This document shows, piece after piece, positions 18,617 to 41,522 of a stretch of 64,000 nucleotides of DNA (positions are counted from its first letter, which is position 1; the number at the start of each line of letters is the position of its first letter). The stretch is from the human T2T-CHM13v2.0 reference genome, Homo sapiens. The position numbers and the translations under genes were made by a program. The notes under the pieces were generated by a model. That model was not told the origin of the DNA. It made no database searches and saw only the letters and a list, made by a program, of their open reading frames with translations. The DNA is taken from NCBI RefSeq assembly GCF_009914755.1, contig NC_060929.1. One strand, given 5' to 3'.

Positions 18617-19183
18617 TATGTTTTTTGTTGTTGATGAAGTAAAATTGTGAATTGTCCATTGAAATTTCTATAAAAACTGGTATAAATATATTCTGTAGTA
18701 TATTTAAGAAATTAGTTAGTTAAGAGTTAAGTCCTTTACAACACTAATTTGATAGTCATGAAAGACATTTTCTTTACATCATCTAAAGATACTATCTTCA
18801 TATCTTTTTTAACAAAAGAAACTTAAACATGTAAATTAAATTGTTAGTGAAAAGTAGACAATACTGAGGAAATATTTCATACATTTACAGCCTGCAATAA
18901 CTGTATTTTTGAAAAGTTGGGCTGTTCCAAAAGAGAGTACTCTTTCAGCATAGTTCGGCAATAAAGCTTAGGCTAAGTGAAAAATATTCCCTACTCATCT
19001 AAGTTTTAGTTGTCTTATTGAGAGTTGCATAAATATTTTTACCCAAAGAAAGAAATCGTGGCTTTGCCTTTTATATATATTTTACTAGCCTTTACCATTC
19101 AAGCCTCTTCAATTTCTAAATGATATTTTTCTAAATTAAAAAAAACTACTTTTATAACATTTAAAATACACACTATATCATAA

Positions 19184-19315
<132 letters not shown>

Positions 19316-20151
19316 TAAGACAGGACTTTCCTTCAAAATATTTCTTGAGATAAATTAAGAATTTGTCATAATTCCTTAAATATCACACTGTTCCTTAAAA
19401 AATACTTGTTTGTATATATGTATATGTGTATTTGTAGGGCATGTGACATGGCAAATTTTTAATACAATGAACGATGGCTACAAATAACATTTCTTTGCAC
19501 CATGGTGAAACGTTCTACTTTATTTACCTCCCGTCCCCCTTATTGGTTTTTGTCATTTGTCCATTTTTAGGGAAGAGTGTCACTTCTGCCCACCAGTACT
19601 TCCTTCTAAATGTTAGGCCAATGTATTTGATAGCAGTTAAGAAAAACTCTTTTAAAGGGTTTTGGAGCAGTTGAGGAAGTATCAGTTGTTGCAGAAAAGA
19701 GAGACTACTTACTTCAGGAGATGGAGAGTTACTGCTCTGAGCTGTCAGTGGCAAGTTAAGGGAAGGGTGTTATATCACCACCTGTAGCAGTAACTCCTTA
19801 GGCATTCATTCCATTATGCATTCAACCTGTTAAAAGTATTTACTATATGATACTCTACTCCCCTTTTTTTAAACAAGAAAATGTCCTATCATGGTGATAT
19901 TTGAGGGAGTGAAGATATCATTTGGACATCTTTATGAAGACTGTACAATTGACTGGCAGCCGCCCCCACCCTCCTGTAATACTATGAACACTTCTTGAGA
20001 AAAAAACAATAACTGCCTCCCTTGTTGACTTGTATTCCTTCTTTGATGTTGAAGGAATCTTTGTCATTAAACAAAGGAACTTCAGCTCTAGGCCATTCAA
20101 GAACCTGGATAAAGGGCTCAAAAATGACAGAGAACACTTTATGTCAGATTA

Positions 20152-21742
<1,591 letters not shown>

Positions 21743-22037
21743 GGAATTTATTATTACCTCTTGGCCCAACCACTGTGAGTCCCTAATTGGATATGTTAGT
21801 TTGTCAGGTTCTAGGCTACCATAGCCCCCATCAAAGTGCTCAGTAGCTTTATTATGCACATTCTTCCCGTTTTAGGGATGGATATTGAGGTTTTGAGACT
21901 TACTCTCCTCTTTAATATTGATGTATTTGATGCATTCCCTCCCCAAAATTCCCATCCAAAGTAGAGTAAAGATAGAGAAATGAAATGATGTTGCTCAGCC
22001 CATCTTTCATGTGTTTGTGTTAGATTTTGAGGACATA

Positions 22038-22507
22038 CAGTTGACCCTTGAAAACTGCAGGGGGTTAAGGATGCTGACCCCCAGCACAGTTGGAAATATA
22101 TATAACTTTTGAGCCCCCCTAAAACTTGACTATTGACCAGAAGCCTTACCAATAACATAAAAGTCTATGAGTACATATTTTGTATGTTATATATGTGATA
22201 TAAGGTATTCTTACCACAAAGTAAGCTAGAGAAAAGAAAATGGTATTAAGAAAATCGTAAGAAAGGAGAATTATATTTACTATTAAGTAGAAGTGCATCA
22301 TCATAAAGGTCTTCATCCTCATCATCTTCACATTGAGTAGGCTGAGGAGGAAGAGGCAGGCTGGACCTGGTGTCTCAGGGCTGGCAGAAGTGGAGGAGGT
22401 GGAAGGGATGGCAGGAGAGGCAGGCATACTCAGCGTAACTTACATTGAAAAAAATCCACATAAGTGGACCCAAACAGTTTAAACCCATGTTGTTCCAGAG
22501 TCAACTG
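22038..22507 (+). mobile_element. Tigger2-family non-autonomous element
   Basis: TA|CAGTTGAC ... GTCAACTG|TA inverted termini with TA duplication. Confidence 0.85.
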
Positions 22508-22666
22508 TATTTCTTAATTATACTGTCTGTGAATAAAGATGTTTTATGTCTATTGACATTTTAGAGAATACTATCTTAAGTATGTTTGATTATATTTAAC
22601 AGAATTGTAATTTGGTTTCTGTTTCACAAAGAGGCTTATTGGATTATCGAATTTTTGTCCTTGTAG

Positions 22667-22834
<168 letters not shown>

Positions 22835-23095
22835 TGATTGGTATTGGTATGTATATTGGTGAGAGGGCTTCTTCGTATTGCAAGAGGACATACGAAGTGA
22901 AAATTAGGGGCACTGTTTAGCATCTATTTTCCAGAGGTATAAAGACAACTAACCATTGTGGTTTTTCTAAAAGTCATGGCATAGCATTTCAAGTTTTCTC
23001 TCATATTTTAAGAAGACAGTCATCTTAAAGAGAGAAAATGTATTTTTAACAAATTTATAAATTTTATGTACCTATTCAGATCTTTAGTTTGGTAG

Positions 23096-23996
<901 letters not shown>

Positions 23997-24056
23997 TAAA
24001 GAGTTGACAGATTAAAATGTATGTAATAGGTACAACATGATGTTTTGAAGTATATA

Positions 24057-25128
<1,072 letters not shown>

Positions 25129-25516
25129 TATATGTTGCTGACTGGTTATGAAGTTGGTTATTTGAAATCATATTTTGTAAAGTCAGCAGTGACTGTTGAA
25201 CTAAAATTTTCATTTGTTTCTCATATTGTTCATATTCAACCCTTTATTTAAATTGTTTTGATCATTTTTCTAATCTGCAATAATTCACAATCAGCTTCTG
25301 TATCCATTTTATTCAGAAGACAGATCCTAATGCACTCTGGTATTTTTTCTTTGTAGCATTCAACTTAATTGACTTCCTTTCCTTTTCTCAAATTTCATGT
25401 GTATCAAGCATATCCATAACTTTTAAGAAATTACTATCTAGATATATTGCATTATTCAGTCCTTAGAATTTTTTTAACCACCCAGAGATAAATTTGGGAT
25501 TTATAAGAAAAATTTG

Positions 25517-25806
25517 GGCCAGACACCTGTAATCCCAGCACTTTGGGAGGCTGAGGCAGGTAGATCACCCGAGGTCAGGAGTTCAAGGCCAGCCTGGTCA
25601 ACATTGTGAAATCCTGTCTCTACTAAAAATACAAAAATTAGCCAGGCATGGTGGCACATGCCTGTAGTCCCAGCTACTCAGGAGGCTGAGACAGGAGAAT
25701 CACTTGAACCCGGGGCAGGGGGCGGAGGGCGGAGGTTGCAGTGAGCCGAGATCACGCCACTGCACTCCAACCTGGGTGACAGAGTGAGACTCCATCTCAA
25801 AAAAAA
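25517..25806 (+). mobile_element. AluS
   Basis: Alu consensus. Confidence 0.88.
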
Positions 25807-25951
25807 CAGAACAGTAACAGTTTGAGAGCACCAAATCTAGAAGTTCTTAAATTCATTTCAAAATTTCAAAAAAGTTAACTTTTTAAACATCACTGTACTT
25901 TCAAAAAGGGGAGGAAAATTGAGATTCCAACTTTATTCTGAAGTCTACAGA

Positions 25952-26167
25952 GTAGGGTTTCGTAACCTTGACACTGTTAACATTTGGGGCTAGGCCTTTC
26001 TTTGTTGAGGAGTGTTATCCTGTGCCTTGTACAATATTTACCAGCATCGTTGGTCTCTGTCCACTACATGACAGTAGCACCACACCAGTTGGGATAACCA
26101 AAAATGTCTCTAGACATTACCAAATGCCCGCTGGGGGCCAAAAATCATATCCAGTTGAGAGCCACTG
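25952..26167 (-). mobile_element. MER20 DNA transposon relic
   Basis: ...accaaaaatgtctctagacattaccaaatg...ccagttgagagccactg. Confidence 0.8.
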
Positions 26168-26376
26168 TTACTGAAAGATAGCTTATCTTCACAGCTGCAT
26201 GTAATTTGTCTGACAATTTACTAACCTATTTCTAGTTTTTACATGACTCTAGAGCAGTACATGACCAGAAAATGCGTAAAATCAAGAAATATATCATTTA
26301 GTCATCCCCCCTTCACAATCCCCCTTCCTCACAGTGAGGACAAAATGTAAATTTCTAAAAATTCAAATATATTTTA

Positions 26377-26702
<326 letters not shown>

Positions 26703-26995
26703 GGTAGACTATGTATTTTACAATGTGAAACCTGCCTATACTCTAGGAGGAATTCCAATAAATTAAAACAGAGAACTGTAAATGTGCCAAACAGAACAGA
26801 AAGCTATTGAAAGATACAGAAAAACAGGTATTTCTGGAAATCTGTAACAAAAAACTTTCGCAATAGTTGAGCATTCTATTTAGTTCCGAGTTTCTAGACA
26901 ACAAAGAACAAAAGGAAAAATACTGAGTTACTGTTAGGAAATAACACAGCTGACTTGATTGAACCCATAAAGTTGTAAACTCTTACTGCGTGTAA

Positions 26996-27118
<123 letters not shown>

Positions 27119-27909
27119 ACCGGCATTTGCTGCTAAAGGATACCCAGAACCCTCACTACTGTAACATACAACGGTTCAGCTGTAAGGGCCATTTGAAAGT
27201 TTGGAATTTTAAGTGTCTGTGGAAAATGTTTTGTCCTTCACCTGAATTACATTTCAATTTTGTGAAACACTCTTTTGTCTACAAAATGCTTCTAGTCCAG
27301 GAGGCACAACCAAGAACTGGGATTAATGAAGCATTTTGTTTCATTTACACAAATAGTGATTTACTTTTGGAGATCCTTGTCAGTTTTATTTTCTATTTGA
27401 TGAAGTAAGACTGTGGACTCAATCCAGAGCCAGATAGTAGGGGGAAGCCACAGCATTTCCTTTTAACTCAGTTCAATTTTTGTAGTGAGACTGAGCAGTT
27501 TTAAATCCTTTGCGTGCATGCATACCTCATCAGTGATTGTACATACCTTGCCCACTCCTAGAGACAGCTGTGCTCACCTTTTCCTGCTTTGTGCCTTGAT
27601 TAAGGCTACTGACCCTAAATTTCTGAAGCACAGCCAAGAAAAATTACATTCCTTGTCATTGTAAATTACCTTTGTGTGTACATTTTTACTGTATTTGAGA
27701 CATTTTTTGTGTGTGACTAGTTAATTTTGCAGGATGTGCCATATCATTGAACGGAACTAAAGTCTGTGACAGTGGATATAGCTGCTGGACCATTCCATCT
27801 TATATGTAAAGAAATCTGGAATTATTATTTTAAAACCATATAACATGTGATTATAATTTTTCTTAGCATTTTCTTTGTAAAGAACTACAATATAAACTAG
27901 TTGGTGTAT

Positions 27910-27915
27910 AATAAA
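27910..27915 (+). terminator. Candidate proximal poly(A) signal of KIF2A
   Basis: AATAAA preceded by TGTA. Confidence 0.6.
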
Positions 27916-28710
27916 AAGTAATGAAATTCTGAGAAGAGTTTTATCTTAGGAAAATACATATATATGCAGTGTGTGTGCCAGTGTGGTATTAACAAGACTA
28001 ATAGTGCAGTTTGATCCTTACCAATATCATTACTTAATTTGAAGTGTTCATTAGCACCCCAAAATATACCTTTTCTATGTACTGTTAAAAGAAATTGGCT
28101 TCTGATGCATGAACATTTACATGTACATTGAAAGTAGTCCATAATAGAAGTTAGTTTAAGCCAAGTGTAGACAGTACATTACTCCCTTGAAAAAGAATTA
28201 AGTTGAAAGAGTTGACTTTGCCTTAAAAGGCAGATCTAACCCAAGCTCCATCCAGTACCAAATGTGAAACTTCATTGTTGTTTGGTGAGAATCGCCAAAT
28301 TCTCACTAATACATTGGTATGGTGTAGGGCATGCTACTTTTTAAACAGCAGCACTTATTTTTACAGATTGCTACTCCAAGGAAGAAAACTGGCCACTTTT
28401 CATGTAAATATTTTGTTCAAAGATTTGTATATCTCTCTAGGAGTTTTCCCTCAGTTCCCAGGATGGGGTCCAGGAGTAGATTAACAGCTAAAAATCTCCC
28501 AAGGATATCTTGTTTTGATTTATTTACTCCAGGGAACTATCAGCTCCTTCACAGGAGCCAAAGGGGAGCTATGAATAGAGGGTCACATGAGCCAGATTCT
28601 TTACTGTTCATAAAACCCAGAGAGTAGTTGTGAAAGATCCTAATACAATTGTGAAAAGCTCTGTAAACATGAAATCTAAAACAAATGTAGATTTTCACAA
28701 TATGCTTATT

Positions 28711-28716
28711 AATAAA
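28711..28716 (+). terminator. Candidate distal poly(A) signal of KIF2A
   Basis: AATAAA with upstream TGTA motifs and downstream U/GU-rich sequence (ctttgttttg). Confidence 0.6.
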
Positions 28717-28789
28717 TGAAGTCTATGGAATAAGTTTTAGAGATAATTTACTTCAGTCACCTTTGTTTTGGAAAGGACTCAGGTTTTCT

Positions 28790-30555
28790 TGCAGCTGTAA
28801 GATATATTCTATTTGTGTTTATTTCAAAGGGAAGAGGAAGGATGGACAACTGTTACAATTGACCTTGCAAAGGATATTTAAAAAAAAGGTAGTTTTTGAG
28901 ATTAACCAACTTTCAAAGGGCAATAAAGACATGTGAATTTGCTCATTTTAAAGCACAACAGATGATTAGCTTCAAATTTATTATTTGCATTGGATGGGTA
29001 CTGTCTTTGGAAAGTCTCCTTATAGACAAATATGCTGCCTTACACTATGATGGCTTCATTCTGATCAGGTATTTTAAAAATTAGTACCAGAAAAGATACT
29101 GGAGGTAATATAATACAGTCCTTCAGCTTTACAGATAGTGAAAACTGAAGGCCAGAAAAGGAACTAAAACTCAGCAGTTCATAGGGGTAGAGGGAAATAA
29201 CCTGAGAAAGCCGAGTTAAATCTTAAAATTTTTACTATAAGGATAGAGATGATACAAGTGAACTCTGCAAAATAGTTTTGTGAAATTAAACAAAAAAATC
29301 TACTCTTAATGTATATTTCATATTTGTTTAACAAAAGCAGCTTGATGCCTTTGTTCTGGATTATACATTAAGAACAAGCATTATTTTAATTATGTAGTAA
29401 CATTTACTATGACTTTGAAGCCAGATTTCAAAATCTGGCTTTGTTAAATTAATTGGAAACACTCTTCTATTAAGTTAGGTATTAAAAAAAGCCAAATATC
29501 AATAAAGATATTTTTATTAATTTTTTATAGAAACAAAATAGCTACTATAACTCTATTATAGTATATTAACAGCACTTAGTATTATATTGACTTAAACATA
29601 GTAGCTAATAAAACTAGTTTATGACATCTATTGAAATTCTCAGTCTGACAGTTTTAAAATAGCTTAAAACTAAGCACCAGGTATATGAAAAAGGAACTGG
29701 AAATTTTAATTGTCCAGAAATCATAGGAATACTGGGAACCTGTAGTTATGGGAAATGGCTGTTTTTCTGAAGTTGAAACCAGTTTCAATTACAAAACCCT
29801 CTGAAATTTTGCTAAGCCTATAGTTATCTCCCTAAGAACCATAAAAAAAGATAATTTTATTGTTAATTTCATTCCAGTTTAGCTTCCTCATTTTACATGT
29901 TGGGAGTCATGCCCTTTAATATGCCTGGCACTGCACGGTGGCAGTAGCAGACTTGGGCTTACCCAGAACCCTAAGTCTCTGACGCTATAGGATAGCGAAA
30001 GAGGTAGGCAATCGTAACAGACACTGTATAGGATAAATAGGGAAGAGAATGAGAGAACCAAAATAAAAATAATTTAAGAAACAATTGTTTTACTGTACAT
30101 GTGAATAACAAGAAATGGTACGGGGAATGTGAATAACACGAAATGGTATGGGGAATGTGTGACTAGTGAAGCATATTTTAACTTTTTTATTACTGGAGGA
30201 ACAGAGCTAAAGGCCTAAAGAAGGCCTTACAGTATATAACAGTAAATAGAAGAGTAACATCTTTATACAATAAACTGTTAGAAATGATAAGTGTAAAGTT
30301 GTGCGTCTCTGCGGCTCCTGAACTTGAAGATTATTATGAATAGATTGGACCAGCATTATATATTAAAAACTTTGATACTTAGAACTTTCCAACTTTAAAA
30401 TTCAGAATCATAAATGGTGACAACAGTAGTAGTATTGAACCAAAAATAGTCAAGTAAATAATGTCTCAGTAAAGCAAAAGCATTATCTTCTCAAATACAA
30501 AAAATACAAAATTCATTTCTTTTCTTGACCTTGAAAATTTCTGTTTTCCAAATAC
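28790..30555 (-). other. DIMT1: DIMT1 3'UTR (end approximate)
   Basis: Follows the DIMT1 stop; minus-strand AATAAA (plus TTTATT) at 29856-29861, 29513-29518, 28977-28982 and 28818-28823. Confidence 0.65.
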
Positions 30556-30598
30556 CTAGGAAAAATGAATACCTTCTGCGTTGAATCCATGTAGCAAT
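30556..30598 (-). CDS. DIMT1: DIMT1 exon 12 (last coding)
   Basis: ttttcag|A acceptor; (R)LLHGFNAEGIHFS then TAG. Confidence 0.96.
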
Positions 30599-30748
30599 CT
30601 GAAAAAGAAATCAAAATGGAATGGTACTGAAAAGCTAATTTGTAGCACATAACGGTATATAGTTCTATACCATTAATACTAAAACATGAATACAGCATGC
30701 TTACAGAGCCCACCCACTCCTAATACTAGTTATTAAAGAAACGTTACT

Positions 30749-31078
<330 letters not shown>

Positions 31079-32434
31079 CTAAATTTATAAGATATGTATT
31101 GGTTAAAACCATGCCATGTTGGTGCCTCTTTCATTAGAGCCTTTATGTCGTAATGAATCTGACTAAAATTATCTTAGACTTTCATTATCCCAGGCCTAAG
31201 AACTCACTGGCATTTGTTTCAAGGTAACTGAACAAGAAGCTGTTTGGAATTGGCAGAAGTCAGATGAAAAACCAATCTTACATGCCCCTTCTTCCTCTCT
31301 TGAGCTGTTGTTTATATTCAAATTAAATACACATTGTTTCTCTCTGTAGATACCTATGTACTTAATAGATTCTAGTTAGTAAACTGCACATGCCCAATAA
31401 CTTTGAGGAAATTTAGTGAAAATGAAGAAAAAGAGAAAATATTTCTCTTTAGACCTGAGGTTATGTTTAGGCTGGCCCATAGAAACAGGTCCAGATAAAT
31501 TTCTAAAAAAGCAAAGTAGATATTTATGAATAGTATTCAATGCCTAGGATTAACATCTAAAATGACTCAGTAGTACTGCTAGCCAGCCAATAAAATATAA
31601 ACTCCATTTGTCTTAGTTATATAGAACTGTGTTTCCAGCTTAGAAAAAGTCAAACCAATGACTTTTAGAACAATCTACTCTCATTTTTTATTCAGCCTCT
31701 AGAACATGGAAGCTTTAAAAGTGAATTGGCTAAATAGGCAAGACCTTCTGAAAGTTAACATCTTAATGATTAAAAACAGTAAGTACAGGTTAGTAATTAC
31801 CTGGGTAATTAATTGAAGCCTTATTCTGTTTTCATAAGACTTACTTGCTTAATTCAAGCAAAACAAATTTTGGTCTAAATTACCTAGATAATTATGACAG
31901 CTTTTTACTTGAGAAGTGTAGAACTTGCTTCAGGCTACAAAACTGTATTATTCCTAAATGGATAACCAGGTAGGATTCTAACTGGCATTATTGTATGCTT
32001 AAGATTGATTTAACAACAGCTATTCCCAGTAAGGAAATTTTAAAAATCAGATCCAGTTACATGTATTATGATTTTTCTACCTTATGGACTATTTTGGAGG
32101 GATAAGCTATTAAGACTAAGACTATGAATGAGAGTTGGGGAAGGAGCAGGAAGGGAGGAACCTGCACACCACATTGGAACCTGCACACCACATTAACACA
32201 AAGGCAATCTTCTGGCTCGGACTGTTCTTTACTACTGTTCTTAAAGAAAATGTTCATTCTGCTGCAGCTAACTAGCCTCCATCTTCTACACCAAATACTA
32301 TTCCATGCCATGGAAGTGCTATGCAATAACTCTCCCAGGTAGCACCTTATACCGCTTAAAAGCCTTTAAAATCTCCAATCTGAAGGTGTCACAGTAAAGA
32401 AATGTAAACACTTAGGAAAACAAAAATGTAATTA

Positions 32435-32542
<108 letters not shown>

Positions 32543-32953
32543 CTATCAATATAAGATTCAGAATAAATGAACGACATATCTTTAATGAGGTCACCTTGAC
32601 TCTTTTTTTTAGTTCAGTAAGTCATAAAATAGTCACCTTTAATATATCTGTTAATGAGACTTTGGAAAGCCTGATTTTTACATTAAGACTTGGATCTCTA
32701 ATTAAAAGTGGCTGATCTTTATTAACAAAAACTTGGAATACCTTGAATTAGTAATCCTGTCTATATTAGCCATTTTCTTCTTTAAAATTCTGAAATAGTT
32801 ATTAGTTTCAGACTTCACAAATAATTACAACTGTAAATTAAATTTTAAAGCAATTGTTACTCCTTTCAAAATAATGCATTTTCTTCCTACAGATTTGACC
32901 TTAACCACCTCATTTTTCTCAAAGAGGTGACCTGCCCAAGCCTTGGGAATATT

Positions 32954-33023
32954 AAGGATTTTACACTTAATTCACATATTTTATCCAAAAGGATTTTACA
33001 CTTAATTCACATATTTTATCCAA
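32954..33023 (+). repeat. Perfect 2 x 35-bp tandem duplication
   Basis: aaggattttacacttaattcacatattttatccaa x2. Confidence 0.95.
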
Positions 33024-33530
33024 ATATTTTTCTTAATCTAGCTTAATATTTTTCTATTATACTTAGGCAGATTATCTAATGACTTTTTGCCCATAAAAGA
33101 GAAAATGGAGATAGTATTGTGATACATTAAACCATATAGGTTCTGAGTCATAAAAAATAAAAAGAAAATTGGCCTTTCTCTCTCTGTTCTAATTAAACTG
33201 GAAGCTAAAAAGATAGCAAACATCACATCGCACACACTGTTACACAAATGATACGCATGAGGCTCACAACCAGGAATCTGCTATTGAGCCATATGAACTT
33301 TATTTCAATTTCTATACAAAGAAAGTAATAACTATATTTGTAACTGCTATGTGAGCAAGAAACAAGACGTGGTCACAATTCAGAGGACAGTAAACTACAC
33401 AATTATTTTAAGTTGTGCAAGCTACACATATCTACAGCTTTGAGGAACCTGTAACTGCTGAATCTGATTCTTGTTATGGCTAAAAACAACTGTCAGTAGT
33501 TAGAGGACAGGGTGGAGTAATCAAAGTTGC

Positions 33531-33566
33531 TCATATCTGTTTCACAGGATACACAGCAGCACTGAC
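33531..33566 (-). CDS. DIMT1: Candidate DIMT1 alternative terminal exon (VSAAVYPVKQI*), giving a 275-aa isoform
   Basis: ctgacag|GTC acceptor in phase 0 after exon 10, TGA after 11 codons; minus-strand AATAAA at 33304-33299 with a GU-rich downstream element. Confidence 0.6.
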   Translation of the reverse strand, partial: VSAAVYPVKQI

Positions 33567-33724
33567 CTGTCAGAATTCAAGTCAAAATTGTGCTAGTTAT
33601 ACATTATATATTGTCTTTTAAGGATCTTATGGAATGTACAAAATAATCTCATGCTAGATCAACAAGAATAAAAATGGACATTTTAAAAGAAAACAAATCA
33701 ATGAAACTGCAGGAACATTTTCTA

Positions 33725-33835
<111 letters not shown>

Positions 33836-34485
33836 TCAGAGTAATTTCTTACTTTTTTAAACTTTTTTTTAACTAATACATAAGCCATTTAAGCAATAAT
33901 TTCATTTTAGATGAAATTAAATCTATATTCTGTATGGTGAAATTAAGGAATTTTAAAAGTTGTTGAATATTTAAACTTATGAAGCAAACACTAAATATAT
34001 TTAAAGTGCAAAATCCTAATACCTCTTAAATTCTTAGAGAAGTTCTAGACTCTCCACAAAAAATCCCCTAAAAAAAAAATCTCCAAGCCCTGTAAAACTG
34101 TGTCTCACCTCTCTTTTACCCTTGAACCCCAAATTGATGAGCTGCATTTTCCCAGGTTAATTACATGACACATATCCTTCACAAGTGTGGAAGGGGTCCA
34201 TCATCACCTCATTTTTCCAACAAAAAACTAGAGCAGATATATGGTCAGAGTTTGGGAGTGTTTTCCTGTTTTGCCAAAAAATGTGATCTGACTCTCAACT
34301 CCAGCAAACTTTCTTCATTAAGTTTGCTTTAGAGCCTCCCAAGCTCTAAAGATAGTTTAAAAGGTGAAGTTTGTCTGGACCCATAATCTTTATGCTTTAG
34401 GGTAGCTGCTCAGGAAAAGGACCAAATTCTAGCATAGTATCTGGAGCACTGGCCCTTTATACATTAGAAATTAGTGTAATACTTA

Positions 34486-34581
<96 letters not shown>

Positions 34582-35499
34582 TTACAAACTTCTTGTTCTT
34601 GTCTATGCCCACTAGGTATTATTTTATCTTTTAATATATACAATTGAAGGAAACTTTCTGAAGTGAAGAAAATGTTCTGTAATCTTGATCTGGCTGGCAC
34701 ACACATGCAAAAGTAAGACATACATTTGATTTTTGCACTTTGGCGCATTTCACTGAATATGTCTTTTCCTCAGAATTTTTTTTTGACAAAGCATGACAAT
34801 TTTTTTTTTTAATTTGAAAAAATAAAGCCAGGCACAGTGCTGCATGCCTGTAGTACCAGCTACTCAGGAGGCTGAGGTGGGAGGATCGCTTGAGACCAAA
34901 AGTTCAAGTCCAGCCTAGGCAACATAGTGAAACCCCATCTTAAAAAAAGAAAGGGAAGGAAAAACAAAATGGTCCCACATCTGAACAAAGAACATGGCGT
35001 TTATTTAAATCTAAGTATCATTTTCAAAAATAAGATTCAAAACAGACATGACTTCAGATACTTCCTGTGTAACACACCTAAACCTCCTTGAAGGAGTTAT
35101 TGACAAACCACTCCATTTACCACCAGTTGACCACACACACAATCACGTTTTTCTCTAATGTGGCTGTAGTAAGGTTTTATATCAAGTGGTCTTCTTTCTT
35201 GTTTTTAAATCTCAAAAAACAATTACAATGAAAAGATGTTACCCATAATACTACTTTAAAACAACTATTTTCATTTTACCTTGTTTTCCTAGTTTTATTC
35301 CATTTTTTCTTTTTTTTTTTTGAGACTGGGTCTCACTTCAAAACTACCTTGCATCAAATTATTCCATCTACTTCAGCACAGGGATGTGTCCTAATTAACA
35401 TTTTCCTATGTTTGAATATTTAGGTTGATTCAATATTTTTCTGCTGTTATAGGCACACATCTTCCCGCCTGGACTTTTTTTCCTTTATTGAATGAGCTA

Positions 35500-35610
<111 letters not shown>

Positions 35611-35744
35611 TTAATGAAAAAGTATTTAAGTAGTACTCACAAAGGCAACTTTTATTTAGTAACCAGATATGCTATCCTCACAGAAGGCACAACTGGATGC
35701 TCAAGGATGAATTAAGCTAGATTATTTCAATAATAAAAATCACT

Positions 35745-36211
<467 letters not shown>

Positions 36212-36579
36212 CTATAAATGAATTTTAACTGCAATGAATTTTCTTGGGAGAGAAATAGCAAAGCATTGGCAGCTGAAGGTAGGAGAACACATTCAGCCTT
36301 TTTTTTATTGCCACAGAATGAGAGAGCTGGCTTTGTTTTTATAATTGCTGTACTCCTCATGGCAAGATAGCTTGCAAATATAAGCCTTTAATGACTGGAT
36401 GAGATGTTTCAAATCAGCACTAGTCCATCATCTCTTCTATGAAAACAAAGTGAAATAAAATTGTTTCAGTAGCAGTAATATATTTATGGGGTAGCAAACA
36501 CCTTTAAGGAAGAGGTGAGACTGAAGAGGCAGATTGTGACGTTCAATGTTTCCTTGATTTGACGGGTTAAAAGATGTAG

Positions 36580-36932
<353 letters not shown>

Positions 36933-37226
36933 TAACGAACAGAAGAGTATCTTCAAAGCTACACTTTGACATTCAAACTTTTGACAATGAGTCACACTAA
37001 AAATACATTTGGCATTGCAAGCCAAGCCACAAATGTCTGTATGTATATGTGTTTATATTGTATTTCAAAACAAAAGTTTCATGAAACCATAATCACCTGG
37101 ACTACATGCAATGCCCTGTGATATATTCTATTCCATGTGATTACAAAAAAAAAGAATGGTCATGACTCATTAATTTTATAACCACTAGTTTTTGACTTGC
37201 AGTTTGAAAGCCACTAGTATATAATA

Positions 37227-39783
<2,557 letters not shown>

Positions 39784-40091
39784 TACTAGAGACCAGTTAG
39801 GAAACCACTGCAATTGTCTAGACATAAGGTAATAAAAATTCTAACCTAGGCTTAACGGCAGGAAGATTCAAAAATAGGGAAAGGCTGTCTGGTCTCAGAA
39901 GCAGGACTTCCAGCACACTACCCCCAAATAACCTCTCAATTAAAGAGAGAAAGACCTCCATACAAATCAACATTTTCTACAAAAATTCTTCAGTAGTTTT
40001 TCAACTGACCTGACTCATTTTTGGCTATGTTCACCACCTGAACTGTAAGTCTTTCAAAATTTGGCAGTAACTCTAGTCTTTTGTCACAAAC

Positions 40092-40141
40092 CTGAAAAAA
40101 GGTCGATGTAGCAACAGCTTGAAGACAAAAGGCGAAGAGAT
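40092..40141 (-). CDS. DIMT1: DIMT1 exon 6
   Basis: tacag|ATC, AG|gtttgt; ISSPFVFKLLLHRPFF. Confidence 0.96.
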
Positions 40142-40163
40142 CTGTAAGAGAATTAACTAGTTA

Positions 40164-40462
<299 letters not shown>

Positions 40463-40630
40463 CTAATTTAAAAAAAATAAAAATTATTTAGGTTAATTAT
40501 GGAATATAAATCTTTTATTGTTATCCCAACAGGAACTCTTACATGATTTATGTGACAAACTTCTTCTCCCATTTCTACCATCAATATTCCTTTAATTATA
40601 TTCGCATACTTCAAACAACAAACAAAAATG

Positions 40631-41522
<892 letters not shown>

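Larger units (their letters stand above)
27119..28740 (+). other. KIF2A: KIF2A 3'UTR (end approximate; longer forms possible)
   Basis: Repeat-free AU-rich sequence after the stop; AATAAA at 27910-27915 and 28711-28716. Confidence 0.75.

Noticed and set aside
19726-19796. 11-bp inverted repeat (GAGTTACTGCT/AGCAGTAACTC) as a possible intronic snoRNA or pre-miRNA
   Set aside because: No C/D or H/ACA boxes, and the stem is too short for a pre-miRNA
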